Positions 52,099 through 64,000 of a stretch of 64,000 nt of DNA are shown here, piece after piece (within the stretch, counting starts at the first letter, position 1; every line of letters begins with the position of its first letter). The position numbers and the translations under genes are program-made. The notes beneath the pieces are model-generated. The model saw only the letters and a list, made by a program, of their open reading frames with translations. It was not told the origin of the DNA and did no database searches. The stretch is from the human T2T-CHM13v2.0 reference genome, Homo sapiens: assembly GCF_009914755.1 (NCBI RefSeq), contig NC_060936.1. The stretch is one strand, 5' to 3'.

Positions 52099-55000
52099 GG
52101 CAGACAGTGGCAAACAGAGTTGGTTCTGGGCTATTTAGCAGAAACTATTTTGATAGATGGAATATGGACATAGCCTTATTTTGTTTGTACAGTATATGCT
52201 ATGGAGGCCTAGTATTCCATACTAAAATACAAATCTACTGCTATATAGTTTGATCATTATGCTAAAATATCTGACTTACAGAGAAAGGGGTTTATGTGCA
52301 CAAAGTTAGCATATTTCCTGTAATATATCAAGCACTAGGTTCCATGGAGTTATATCTCTGAATGGTCAAATATGTCATGTGTCCTTCTCTTAATATCTTA
52401 CACACCTTCACCCTCACTTTATTTGCACAGCTGTTTTTAAGTTTGAATTGGGGCAGTGTTGCCCTTTGGGATGTACATTTGAGTTATTAATAGTCTAGCA
52501 TAGTACAGTAGAAAATTCTGGTATGTACATTGCTACTTTTTATGATGATATTTACTATGTAAACAATATATGTTTTCCATGAATGTGTTTACCCAATACA
52601 GTGTGGTAGACCATGCAGGTAGTCTGTCATGAATGTCAGTTTTCAAAAATACCGCAAAGCTCTATGAGCCATTGTGAATACTGAATTTATACCATATGTT
52701 TTAAAACTACTTTTAAATATTTTTACATTATAAGCCAGTTGTCCCTAGGAGAACAAGAAATACCAGAAACATTTTTATTGCAGTCCTTTATAGAGTGTCT
52801 GTTTGGCCAAGCTTGATTAATGTTTCAGTATTTTGAATATTGATTATTGTAATAATTAATTTGAAGTGTTTACTTTATTTCTTCTTCTAGAAGTTTTGGA
52901 GATAACTTTTTTGGGTAAATACCAGTATAACTTGGTTGTTTTCCTGATAAAAGGTATAAATAGAGGAAGCACTACTAGTTACCAATTCAGATCCACACAT
53001 TTTTTCTTCTTTGCTAACTGAACTATGATTTTGTTAAGGAATCATCAGTTGCTACTGGGAGCAACTCTTGCCAGGGTGCAAATTTGTGACTGATCTGCTC
53101 CTTCCCTGCCTCCTCCCAGCCTAGTAGACCCAGGGCATCTTCTAGTATTGTTAGTGCACTCCACATTTGCACAGTCAAATATCAGTGGTGTAACCCTCGA
53201 AAGCCTGCAGGCTTAACTTCATGTTTACCCCCAGCCTTAATATGATATGGGATAAAGAGGTGATTCTCCCAAAGATTCCTCCATTTACTTAAAAAAAATA
53301 AAAAACAGTAGAGGGTCACGAATCATCTTTTGATGGTGTCTTTCAATCTGGTGCTGCCATTTCTGTGTCAAACAGAAATTTGTCAAGGGTGCATGATACC
53401 TATCCTAGTGTAGATTGTTTCTTAAGTTGTATCATCTCTGGAAATTGTGAGGGAGAAGGCTGCATATATACATATGTAGATCATTATCTTTACTGTTGTT
53501 GAGGTTTAAAAATTGTTCCTTTGCTTTAAATTTAGAGGTACTTCATCTGAAAAGGTGTCTAGAGGTTGAAGAAAAACGTGTTGAGCACATCGTTTGAACA
53601 TATAACATACTGTTTAAGCTTACTTAAACAAATATTCTATATATGATATTCTGTCATATCAAATATTCTATATATGGTACTAAAACTGCTAACATAACAT
53701 TAACCAGTTAATATCAGCACTAAATCATGTATTATATCATAGAGAAATGTATGACTAATGTCTTAGTCCATTAATGGCAATGAATTAATCCTGTCATTGA
53801 AACAATGCAAACAATTGCTGTCTTTTCAGTAAAGATCTGACAATATTTTCTATCTCATACAATATGTATTTTCTTAAACAAGACTGTTTACTGCTATGGG
53901 CTTTTAATGCTGGAAGTTTGGAGGATATTGAGGAATAAAGCATCATTTCTCTTTTCAAAACAGCATGAATTTGACTTCCGTTTCCAGCAGTGTGAGAGAT
54001 GAGATTTTTCTGAGTGTTCCTCCTGCTACAGTTCAGCTAGATCCTGGCTAAATTAGAACACGTATTTTTTTAGGCATTGCTGAGTCCACACAAAATAAGG
54101 GAAATCTCTATGGATCAAGAAGAATTATAAACAAAAACTTTTAAAGAAGAGAATGGGAAGAGGGAGGAAGAGGAGTTGAGACCAAAGGAGGAACCTATGA
54201 GCCATAAAGTGATAGATAGTGTTGTTCTGAGATAAATGCTGGTCACATTGAGATCTAAAAACTAATAATGGTCCCCAACTAATACGGAAGCTGATCCTGA
54301 AATGTCCATACTAAGCCATACCCTTGAATGAGACAAAGCCATCTTCAGTCTGTCTCATGCATAAGCAAATTCAAATCCTTTAAGGGAACTACTTCTTAAA
54401 TTCAGGCTCTTGAAATTTCAACAGATTAAAATCTATTAAATATGAGCTCAAATCTTAGAAAATCCCCACTAAATCATAAGATACATGTGGCTAGATATCT
54501 TGGCTGACCCTCCTATTATATTGAACTAAAAATGCTGAATACAATTAATTTTTCCTAGAAGCATTGAAAAGCTGGAAACATATATCTAGTCAATATATAC
54601 AAGAATGCTGAAGTCCTCAAAGATAATGGAAACACTGAAGCTACTAAGGGTATTTGTGTACCATGGCAAACTTGAGCTTTAATAATTTCATAATTAGAAA
54701 CCACAAAGGTGGGAACAAAAATAAGGGTAGCAGTAGTAGGAAGAGAGTACATTTGAAAAATTCAAGAAGCATTTAAGATTGTTTAAAGGAGATAAAGGAA
54801 AAGGGATTATCAAGGATTATTATCAGGTTTCTGTTTTGAGCAGCTGGGTGGGTGACAGAACAATGTATATGATAGGAAACACTAAGGGAGAATCAAGTTT
54901 TGGGGCAAAGTTGGAACATGTTTCTTTAATGTTTTTGTTTCATTCCTACCATTTACCATAAAGTGGGGTATATAGCAAGCAGTCAACAAAGGAATAACAT

Positions 55001-55827
55001 ATGAAATAAAATTATAAATGGTAAGAAAAAAAAAGCACTGATTCAGCACTGGTCAAAACTAAAGAAGAAACAAAGGTATTTGATGAGACATCTCCAGAAG
55101 AAATAATTATATTGACATAAGTAATTTGAGAATTCAAGGTACTTGTTTGGCTTTGCTCTTCTTAGCAAAGATAAGAAACAGAAGAAGGTTAGAGAAAGTT
55201 TATATTCCATCAACCACTGGAGCAAAATGATCAAAGCATACTACTCTGGTGAGACAAAGGTCTTACTTAACTTTAAATCTACACAAAGTCAGATTCTTTT
55301 GTGATTATAAATTACAATTCCACGCTTCGGTATTCCTTGAGAAGGAACAAGATGCTTCCAAATTAACTAATTTTTAATAAAGAATTATTTAACTTTACAA
55401 TTTAATAATTAAGCTTCCTATTAGCTATGAAGGTTTATTTCCTCTTCCAAACGTGCGATCTTTAACCACAAAGCATATAATGACCACAAAAGTTACTAAA
55501 CATGTTTATGGAAGAACATTATGTTTGTTCTCTTGGTTATAGTAGTAGTTTCACATATTTTTGAGTCAGACTCACATTAAGAAACACATTTTACAACACT
55601 ACCTGGTATATAGAGAAATAAATAAAACTAGTACTTACATTTTACAAAAAAAATAACTGAACTCTTTTTCTTTTTGGTTAGTATTTTTTCCTTAATAGGT
55701 ACTTAATCTTATAACACATGCATTCCTGTTGACAATCTTATTCAGTTCCTTTCTTTCAAATTTTATAAAATATTCATCACAATCTATTCAATTGATTTCA
55801 TAAGGCTTTAATGGGTTTTGACTAAGC

Positions 55828-56030
55828 AGTGTGATGGTAAATGTTTAATGGTTGGCTCTGCCTCTGAATAAAAACCCTAATGTGTAGTATTTCCTCATTC
55901 CATTGTGCAAGTATACCTAATGTGGTCAGTTTCAAGCTACCAACCTGATGTCAGTAAATGCTGGGTTGGCAAGAGATGCACACAGTCAGCTCCCTCTGGA
56001 CCCAGTAAGAGCCAGCTTTTCCATTCCACT
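55828..56030 (-). mobile_element. MER63-type hAT element
   Basis: gtgtgatggtaaatgtttaa...ggctct and gtaagagccagct...ccactg ends resemble MER63. Confidence 0.6.
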
Positions 56031-58898
56031 GGCTTTCACCTACAGTTTGTAAAACATCGCTATATAAATTTGTTTGTTCTTACTAACTGAATTTGCTCAT
56101 TTAAGCTGCAAATCACCTTAACTGTGTTATCCTATGTTTACCAAATAGTATTTGGCATATATCAGATGCTAAATATATATTTTTTAAAAGAATAAGTTTC
56201 TTTTGACAAGTATAAAAGAATATTTATGTCCTTTTAAGTTTGTTCCTATTTCAGACATTGAACTTTTCACATAAAGGCTCCAGTTTCTCAGTGGAATCTC
56301 ACAGGGATTTTCCAGATTCATAAATTTCTCCTAAGTTGAAGAGGAAATATTTTACTTTACTTACTGTTGTGCCCCAGCATTGCATGTTTATTACTATAAT
56401 TTTTTTCTAATAATTTTAACATAAAATTTTAAAAAATAAAGTTTTAAAACAAATTATGTGATTGATTATGCTTCAAAATAAATCCTTGAAGAAAAGAAAG
56501 ATTTAAAAAACAGTTGTATGTAATTGATTATATTTTAAATTAATTCTTTTCGGTGACTCTCTTTTGGCCTTCCTATAAATCATTAGTATTTTGTCAAGAA
56601 TCTGGAGATTGAGGCATGAACATTTTTTAGCAACTCCTAATTTAAACCATGAAACTAAAATGAAGACTTTGAAATGATGAGAACATAAGAGCCAATTTAG
56701 TAACAACAACATTGGGCCATAAGTATCAATAAATATTTATTCAACATAGAATATGCTGAGATTTAGGAGACACTCAGCAAACTAAGTATGCACCCACTGC
56801 CCACTTTGCTAGATACTGAAGATATCTAAATGAAACATTTTAAAGTAATATATAATATAATAAATAGGTTTTGTTACAGATAAGACAACTGTAATACAGT
56901 TTGATAGGTACTGTATTAGAGTTATGTATAAGTTACATTCCAAGCATAGAGAGAGTGATTTCTAGATGTCCAAGGGAGTGCAGAAACACTGCATAGAAGA
57001 AAAGTTGCTTTGACCGACTAGCGTTCTCCTCTGTCTCTGCAGTATTGTGACCTGGATCGGTTAGCTTTTGTGGATCATCTGTAAATTAGTGAAGCAAGAG
57101 AGGGGTTAAATTAGATGATCTGTCTCTTCTGGTTCTGATGATACCATTCTATAACTTGAATGTAGCTTTCTGAAACATGCGTATTATTTCAATTTAACCT
57201 TATTTGTATTTATCAAGACATTTACTTTTAGTATCTTTTTTTTCTTACTTATATTGGGTTTGCATAAATAAATAATAAATAATAAATACTCTACTTTCCT
57301 GCTATGATTCTGCATTTGGATGATAATAAGAAATTTTTGAAAATTATACTTTTACATTTATACCAGTATAATAATGGCCATAAATGTTGTTTCTCCCAGT
57401 TTTATATGTTTGGGTTTTAGGAAGTAAAACTAGCAATAAAAAATTTATAACAAATGTATATATATATATTTTTTCTTAACTATATTAATATTAATAGTGT
57501 ATTAGTTTGTTCAGTAATTCAGTGAGGAACTATCAGGATCTATCTCGGCTTGAATTAAGTTTCTGGTGTGGCTAGTGTAGGTATTGTTCTTTGCAATCCT
57601 ACAGTAGATGAGTAAACTTTACTGCCAGCCTTGTAGATTCAGCTGTTTATAAGCTTTTGTTACAATATCACATTACTCCTCATTGTTCAGCTGGACCTAT
57701 GTCTCAGAAACATTCTTGCCAATTAATATGAGATGAATACAGAGATTTCTAGATGTACTTGGCATTCTGTGCACAATTTACCTCACTCTGACAGCTGTAT
57801 GTGATCTTCAGTCAGCTCTGTGTTTTCTAGAATACTGGCGCTGATTTTATTTTTGCCATGGGGCATGTTCTTGCTGCCTATAAGTAGTTAGAAATGGAAC
57901 TTCAATATATTTTGCTTATTTTTTTCTTTAATTTGCACCTCGTTATTTTTTGCGACTAATAGAAAGTGGTTTTTGAAGCGCATGCAGATTGGATTTATTC
58001 AGCATAAAAAAGTTCTCCCTGTGTTCATGGTAAATAAAAGAAGCCAATAATGTGTTTAAATCCAAAATAGAAAATGAATATGTCCACTTAAAAGAAGTAG
58101 TAAAGAGGAAGAGTTTATACTTTGTATATAAAGTAATATGAAAGCAAAGTTGACAAATTCTTGTCAGAGAGTTGACAGTCAAATTAATATAAAACAGGTT
58201 TTTAAAAAACTAGATTATAATCTACTCATATATAAATCGAGATTTTGATACTGTAGCTAAGCAAATAACCTTGAAAAATATTTTGCTATAGCATTCTCAT
58301 TTCTTTTTTCCTGTGGTAAATAAATTACCAGAAAGTTGCCTAAATTTTCTTCATTATCATCCATCTGACACAATGTGTGAAATTTTTATTGGTATGAAGT
58401 TACAACATCATCTGTAATATTAGTATAAAAATTATCTCAGGTGTTCCATATGTGTCTCATTATAAATTATTTTATCAAGCATAAAGTTTTGCAGCAGAGG
58501 GAACCTGTCATACACAGTGAGAAACTCCACTGGGAAGCTCCTATCACAGTGTTTGCCAAACCAACACAATGTTTTCCCTCAGCACCTGGGTTTTGCCATT
58601 GTATAGTCATGCATAAAAATACCAGGACAGTTGTATCTGGACTGATTCATTAATGAAAAATGTTTTAATGTAGATATGACTCCATTAAAGTAATATACAT
58701 GTCTTTTAAAATTGGGTGTTTATTTTCTTCTTTATATACATCACACTTTATATACATATACCTTGAGATCACATTTCCAGCCTGCGTTTTTAACCAAAGG
58801 ATAAGTGAAATACTAGTACATTGATCATATAAAGGAATTAGCAGTGGAGATGAGAAGTAGAAAAAAAGGATATTGTAAATCGGGCTATATATACCTGG

Positions 58899-59366
58899 TG
58901 TATTAGGCAGGGTGATCATACACATACATGTAATTAGATTTATTAAGAATGGGCTGACACAATTATGGAGGCTGACAAGTTCCACAGTATGCTCTCTACA
59001 GGCTGGAGACCCAGGAAAGCCAGTGGTGTACATTCCTGTGTGAGACTAAACGCCTGAGAATCAGGAATGCCACTGGTGTAAGTCACAGTCCAAAGGCAAG
59101 AGAAGACGGATGTCTCAGCTTATGCAGTGAGGTAGTGAGGGAAAGAATTCAACCTTTCTCTAACTTTTTGTCCTACTCAGACCCTCAATGGGTTTGATGA
59201 TGCCCACCCATACTAGGGAGGGCAGTCTGCTTTATTCAGACCTCATTCAATTCAAACACTCATTTCTTCCCAAAACTCCTTCACGGGCCATCCAGAAATA
59301 ATGTTTAACCAGATATCCGGGCATCCCATGGCTCAGTCAAGTTGACACATGAAATTAACCGTCACA
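58899..59366 (-). mobile_element. MLT2 (ERVL) solo LTR
   Basis: tgtattagg...ggctgacacaattatggaggctgacaagttcc...cagtcaagttgacacatgaaattaaccgtcaca. 5-bp TSD c(c/t)tgg. Confidence 0.87.
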
Positions 59367-59911
59367 CTTGGCGTGGCCCAGTAGGAAACAAATCAGAGAT
59401 AATAAATTTAATCATTGTATTGTAATCATTACCATTTTACTATTACCAACTCTCTCTGTTTGTATTTTCTGGGAAACAAAACTTCATACATAGAGTCTAT
59501 ATCTCAGTGATTTAAATTGAAGTTACAGTCTGGTGAAGGCAGAAAGAAAGTAGCAGTAGGGGCTCAGTCCATATTTATGGAATGAATTAGTTAATTGCCA
59601 TGAACATATAATCATCGTGCTGTGATTTTCTTTAAATGTCTTGAATTCTAGAATCGTTAAGTATCTCCTTTACAATTTGAATCATTGTTGACAACAGCAC
59701 ATAAACATTATCTTTTTAAGTTACTTTTTACACCCACATTTTTTCTGATCATTTAAGAGCAGAGCAATTTTTAGAACTTGCCTGCTTTTAAATTGCCTTC
59801 TATATTATTATTCTTCTGGTTATACTATTTTAAGTTTATTCTTCATTATTTTATTAATCCTGAAGAGTAGGTCTGATTTACCTAATTATTTAATTATATT
59901 TATCATTTAGG

Positions 59912-60081
59912 TTTTTTTTTTTTTTTTGAGACGGGGTCTCACTCTGTTGTCCAGGCTGGAGTGCAGTATCATGATCATGGTTCACTGTAGCCTCGACCTG
60001 GGTTCAGGCAGTCCTCCCTCCCAAGCTTCCCAAGTAGCTGGGACTACTGGTGCGTGACACCACACCTGGTCAATTTTTGCT

Positions 60082-60112
<31 letters not shown>

Positions 60113-60237
60113 GTCATAAAGACAGGGTTTCACTATGTTGCTTATGCTGGTCTTGAACTCATGGATGGGCTGAAGCATTCTGCCCACCTCGGCCTCCCAA
60201 AATGCTGGGATTACAGGTGTGAGCACCATGCTGGGCC
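59912..60237 (-). mobile_element. AluJ with (TTTTG)n expansion in the linker
   Basis: Poly-T, antisense dimer and a pentanucleotide repeat at ~60083-60113. Confidence 0.9.
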
Positions 60238-61054
60238 TATCCTCTTAGTTTTAATATATTTTAGAAACCGGTAACATGTAAGTACTTCACAAATCCTGAT
60301 AGTTCAATATAGTGTTTAATACACCTTTTATCCGTAGGCAATATTTTGAATATCATATATACTTGGCCTTATTTAAAACCTGAAATGAAAATCAAGAAAA
60401 TTTTATAGAATTGTCCTGTAACCTCTGATGCTAATTATAAAACTATAAAATTCTAAGGTGGGAAATGAGTTTCTAAACTTGCAACTAAAACTGAGAGGTC
60501 ATCTTTACTTGAGAGTGTGTCAATCTACATGGCAATTCTTCAGATACCCTTGAAGGATATTTTTAAGGAAACCTAAGGAGTCTTCATCAGTCCTTAAAGA
60601 GAATAACATGGAACAGAGACTAAAGTTTAAAATCAAGGTAAAATGGCTGGTAAATGACAAATACTTGACTTGAAAAAAAATCTATATTTTGTGGGAGATT
60701 GTAAGATGCCTATCAACCTAAATTTTACTTTATTGTTTCAAAGCATTATAAAAGTGATGTAGATGCATGTGACACACAAAAAGGAAGCTTTAATAAAAAA
60801 CTTTCAACGATGAATGAACTCAAAATATTAAACATTTATTTCTATGTTTACCTTTCAACATAAGTAATAAATATATTCACATTATAAAATGAGTTCTGAA
60901 AGTATGCAAGCATATACGTTAAAAAGTTAAAGTTTGTTTGGCATTACTTGTGACACTCCCTTCACATATTTCTTGCTATGCACCTACATATACAAATGGG
61001 TACATGTACAAATACCTTTTTTCTAACAAAAGGATTCCAACTGAATTTAATAAT

Positions 61055-61755
61055 TCATTCATACATTTATATATTCTTTCAAAAATATTTATTGAGTGTC
61101 TACAATGTGCCAGATACTTTTGAATGAGAAGTGGAAAAAAAGTCCCTGCACTCATGTGATTTACCTCCTAGTAGGTAGAGACAGCAGAGTAACCAGCAGA
61201 TATATATCTAGTACATCAGATGGTGATAAGTACTATGGAGAAAAATAAAGCAATGTGAGTTTGGAGGCATGCTGTTTTATATAGGGTAGCCAGGAGAAGC
61301 TTTGTTGTTAAGATGACGTTGAGCAGACAGTTGAAAGATGAGGGAGCAAGCCATGCAGCTGTCTTGGAGACAGACGGTCTTCCAGACAGAGGGAACAGCA
61401 AGTAAAAAACCCAAAGGCAGGAACCTGTTGGCCCTTTCAAGAAAGAACAGAGATGAGCATAGCTAAAACAGTGTTGTGACAAAAAGCAGGGAAATTTCTT
61501 AGGGAACTATTGCTGGAATCCATATGGAAGGTGGCGATAGTGCAGATCAGAGGGGAACTTTGCAAGAGATAGTTAAATTCTGAATATATTTTATATGTAT
61601 TGACACTTAATATGCAAGTGTAAAAGAGAAAAGCAAAGTATATATCAATGGCTTTTGAACTAAAATAATGGAAGAATGGAGTTGTCATTTATTGATCTGG
61701 ATATAACTGCAGAAAGGGCAGACTGAGATGAGAGTTGTTCAGTTTCGGACAGGTT
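61055..61755 (-). mobile_element. LINE-2 3' fragment (approximate)
   Basis: aatatttattgagtgtctacaatgtgccagatac...cagatggtgataagtactatggagaaaaataaagca. Confidence 0.75.
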
Positions 61756-61779
61756 GACTTTGTGTATGTTTTGATAAAT

Positions 61780-63035
61780 ATATTGTACATGTTGCTATTT
61801 ACAGAGAAATGTAAAGGCACATCAAACATAAAGGTGTAGTACTAAATCATGACTGCATAAAATTATAATATATACTATTCTGCTGTAGCAATTTTGTAGC
61901 CACCTCCCGTTGCTATTTCATTGAGGTCAAATGTTTGAAATACCCACTTTAAAAAATGTGTGACACTAATAATCTCCACCTGAGCAGTTAGTCTCTTCAG
62001 TAAGTTGCATATTGCAGTAAAAATGATATTTCACAGTTCTAGCATATTTCTCATCTTGTTTAGTATAATACCATAAACCTTGAATAACATCATGGGATCT
62101 ATACTAAGTGCCACTCGTGATGCTGTAAATGTTCCCAAGAAGGCAAGTTATGACAAAAAAACTTGAGTTGCTTAATATGTACCATAGATTGAGGTCTGCA
62201 GCTGCAGTTGACCACCATTTCAAGATAAATGAATCCATCATAAGGACTATTGTAAAAAAGAAAAGAAAATTAGGGAAGCTGTGAAAGTGTCACTGACACT
62301 TTTTGTGGAAGGTTTTTGAAAATGCAGTTTTATGTGGGTATGTGATTGTGAAAAGAAAAGCCTGTCTATAAACACTAATTTGATTTGAGAAAAAGTGAAG
62401 TCATTATATGACAAGTTAAAGCAAAAGGATCTAAATCCACATCAGTAAAGGATTTAAAGCTGGAGAATTTAATGTCAACAAGGGATGGTGTGATGATTTT
62501 AGAAAGACGTTTGGCTTAAAACAAATTGTCAAGATAATAGGAGAAGCAGCAGATGCTGATCAAGAGGCAGCAGACAAGTTCCCAGATGCTATTAAGAAAA
62601 CTGTTGAAATGTAAGGGTATCTTCCTGAAAAAATTTTCAGTGCAGATAAAAGTGCCATATTCTGGATAAAAAAAAATGCCACAAAGAACACTTATTAATA
62701 AGGAAGAGAAGCAAGCACCAGGATTTAAGGCAGGAAGAGATAGGCTAAGGCTACTGTTTTGTGCAAATTCAGTCAAGTTTATCATCAGAAATGTCCTTAT
62801 CTCTAAAATTACTAACTCCTGGGCCTTGAAGGGAAAAGATAAACATCAGTTGCCTGCTTTTCAGTTGTACAACGAGAAGGCCTGGACAAGAACCCTTTTT
62901 CTGGATTGATTTCATCAATGCTATGTCTGAAGTCATGAAGTATCTTGTCCATAAGGGGCTGCTTTTAAAGTTCTTTTGATATGATACTGGACAATGTGCC
63001 TGGCCATGCAGAACCCCGTAAGTTCAACACTGCTT
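61780..63035 (+). mobile_element. Tigger (TcMar-pogo) transposon with a decayed transposase, cut off by L1
   Basis: ORF 62676-62909 MPQRTLINKEEKQAPGFKAGRDRLRLLFCAN, preceded by GYLPEKIFSADKSAIFW, matches the pogo/Tigger DDE-domain start. Confidence 0.85.
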
Positions 63036-64000
63036 TAAAGAAGATGTACAGATAGCTAACAAGTGTATGGAAAAGTGCTCAACATTACTGATCATCAGGG
63101 AAAGGCAAATTAAAACCACAATGAAATGTCACCTCATACCTGTTAAAATGACTGCTATTAAAAAAAAAAAAAAGCCACAGGACAACAAATCTTGACAAGG
63201 ATATAAAGGGAACCCTTTACACTGTTGGGAGGAATGTAAATTGGTGCAGTCGCTATGGAAAATGATACGGAGGTTCCTCAAAGAATTAAAAGTAGAATTA
63301 CCATTTGATTCAGCATTCTGACTTTTGAGTATGTATCTAAAGGAATTGAAATCGGATCTCGAAGAGATATCTGTGCTCCTGTATTTATGACAGCATTATT
63401 CACAGTAACCTAAGATATGGAATCATTTCATCTCCATTAATGAATAAATGGATAAAGAAACTGTGGTACACACATACAATGGAATATTACTCAGCCTTTA
63501 AAAAGAAGCAAGTCCTGCCATTTTCTACAATGTGGATGGACCTGGAGAAAATTATCTTAAGTGAATTAAGCCAGGCAGAGAAAAATACTGCATGATCTCA
63601 CTTGTATGTGAAATCTAAAATAGTCAAACACAGAAGCAAGAGCAGGGGCTGGGTGGGAGAGAAATAGGGAAGTATTAGTCAAAGGGTACAAAGTTTTGAT
63701 TATACAAAATAAAATTTGGAGATATATTGTGTGTATAATACAGGGGCTATGATTCACAGTACTGTATTTTATACTTAAAAATTCCTAAAAGGGTGTATCT
63801 TATATTAAGTCCTTTTACTACAAATGGAGAAAAAAACAGGGAGGAGACAACTTTTAAAGGTAATGAATAAGTTTTTGGCATTGCTAATGATGCTGGCTTG
63901 ATGGTTTTACAGGTGTTGACTTATTTCCAAACACATGAAGTTGTATACATTACATATCTGCAGCTTTTTATATGTCAACCATACCTCAATAAAACAGTTT
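63036..64000 (+). mobile_element. L1M ORF2 C-terminus/3'UTR (to ~63830) followed by a second L1MC-like 3' end
   Basis: aaattaaaaccacaatgaaatgtcacctcatacc and caatggaatattactcagcctttaaaaagaa. Terminal cagctttttatatgtcaaccatacctcaataaa. Confidence 0.82.

Noticed and set aside
62516-62909. Tigger transposase ORF as a domesticated gene
   Set aside because: Fragmented by stops and frameshifts and truncated by an L1 at ~63035.

Overview
Primate (almost certainly human) genomic DNA covering the head-to-head CCDC59/METTL25 locus. CCDC59 (TAP26) coding exons 1-2 lie on the minus strand (1683-1836, 423-732). METTL25 coding exons 1-5 lie on the plus strand (2026-2284, 30262-30426, 33279-33385, 42262-42861, 46448-46595). 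The two start codons are 189 bp apart in a CpG-island bidirectional promoter. The rest is intronic and repeat-rich: a solo LTR12C, an internally deleted HERV9 provirus with both LTRs, PBS, PPT and TSD, many Alus with readable TSDs, L1s (one young nested copy, one 5'-inverted copy), MaLR/ERVL LTRs, Tigger and hAT DNA transposons, MIR/L2 and microsatellites. I found no convincing new biological system. The best leads are an overlapping out-of-frame uORF on METTL25, three LTR12 promoters aimed at CCDC59, the odd structure of the HERV9 copy, and an unidentified ~0.8 kb tailed retrocopy-like insert in intron 2. Gene and repeat names come from recognition, not a database search. Ends of old repeats are approximate.
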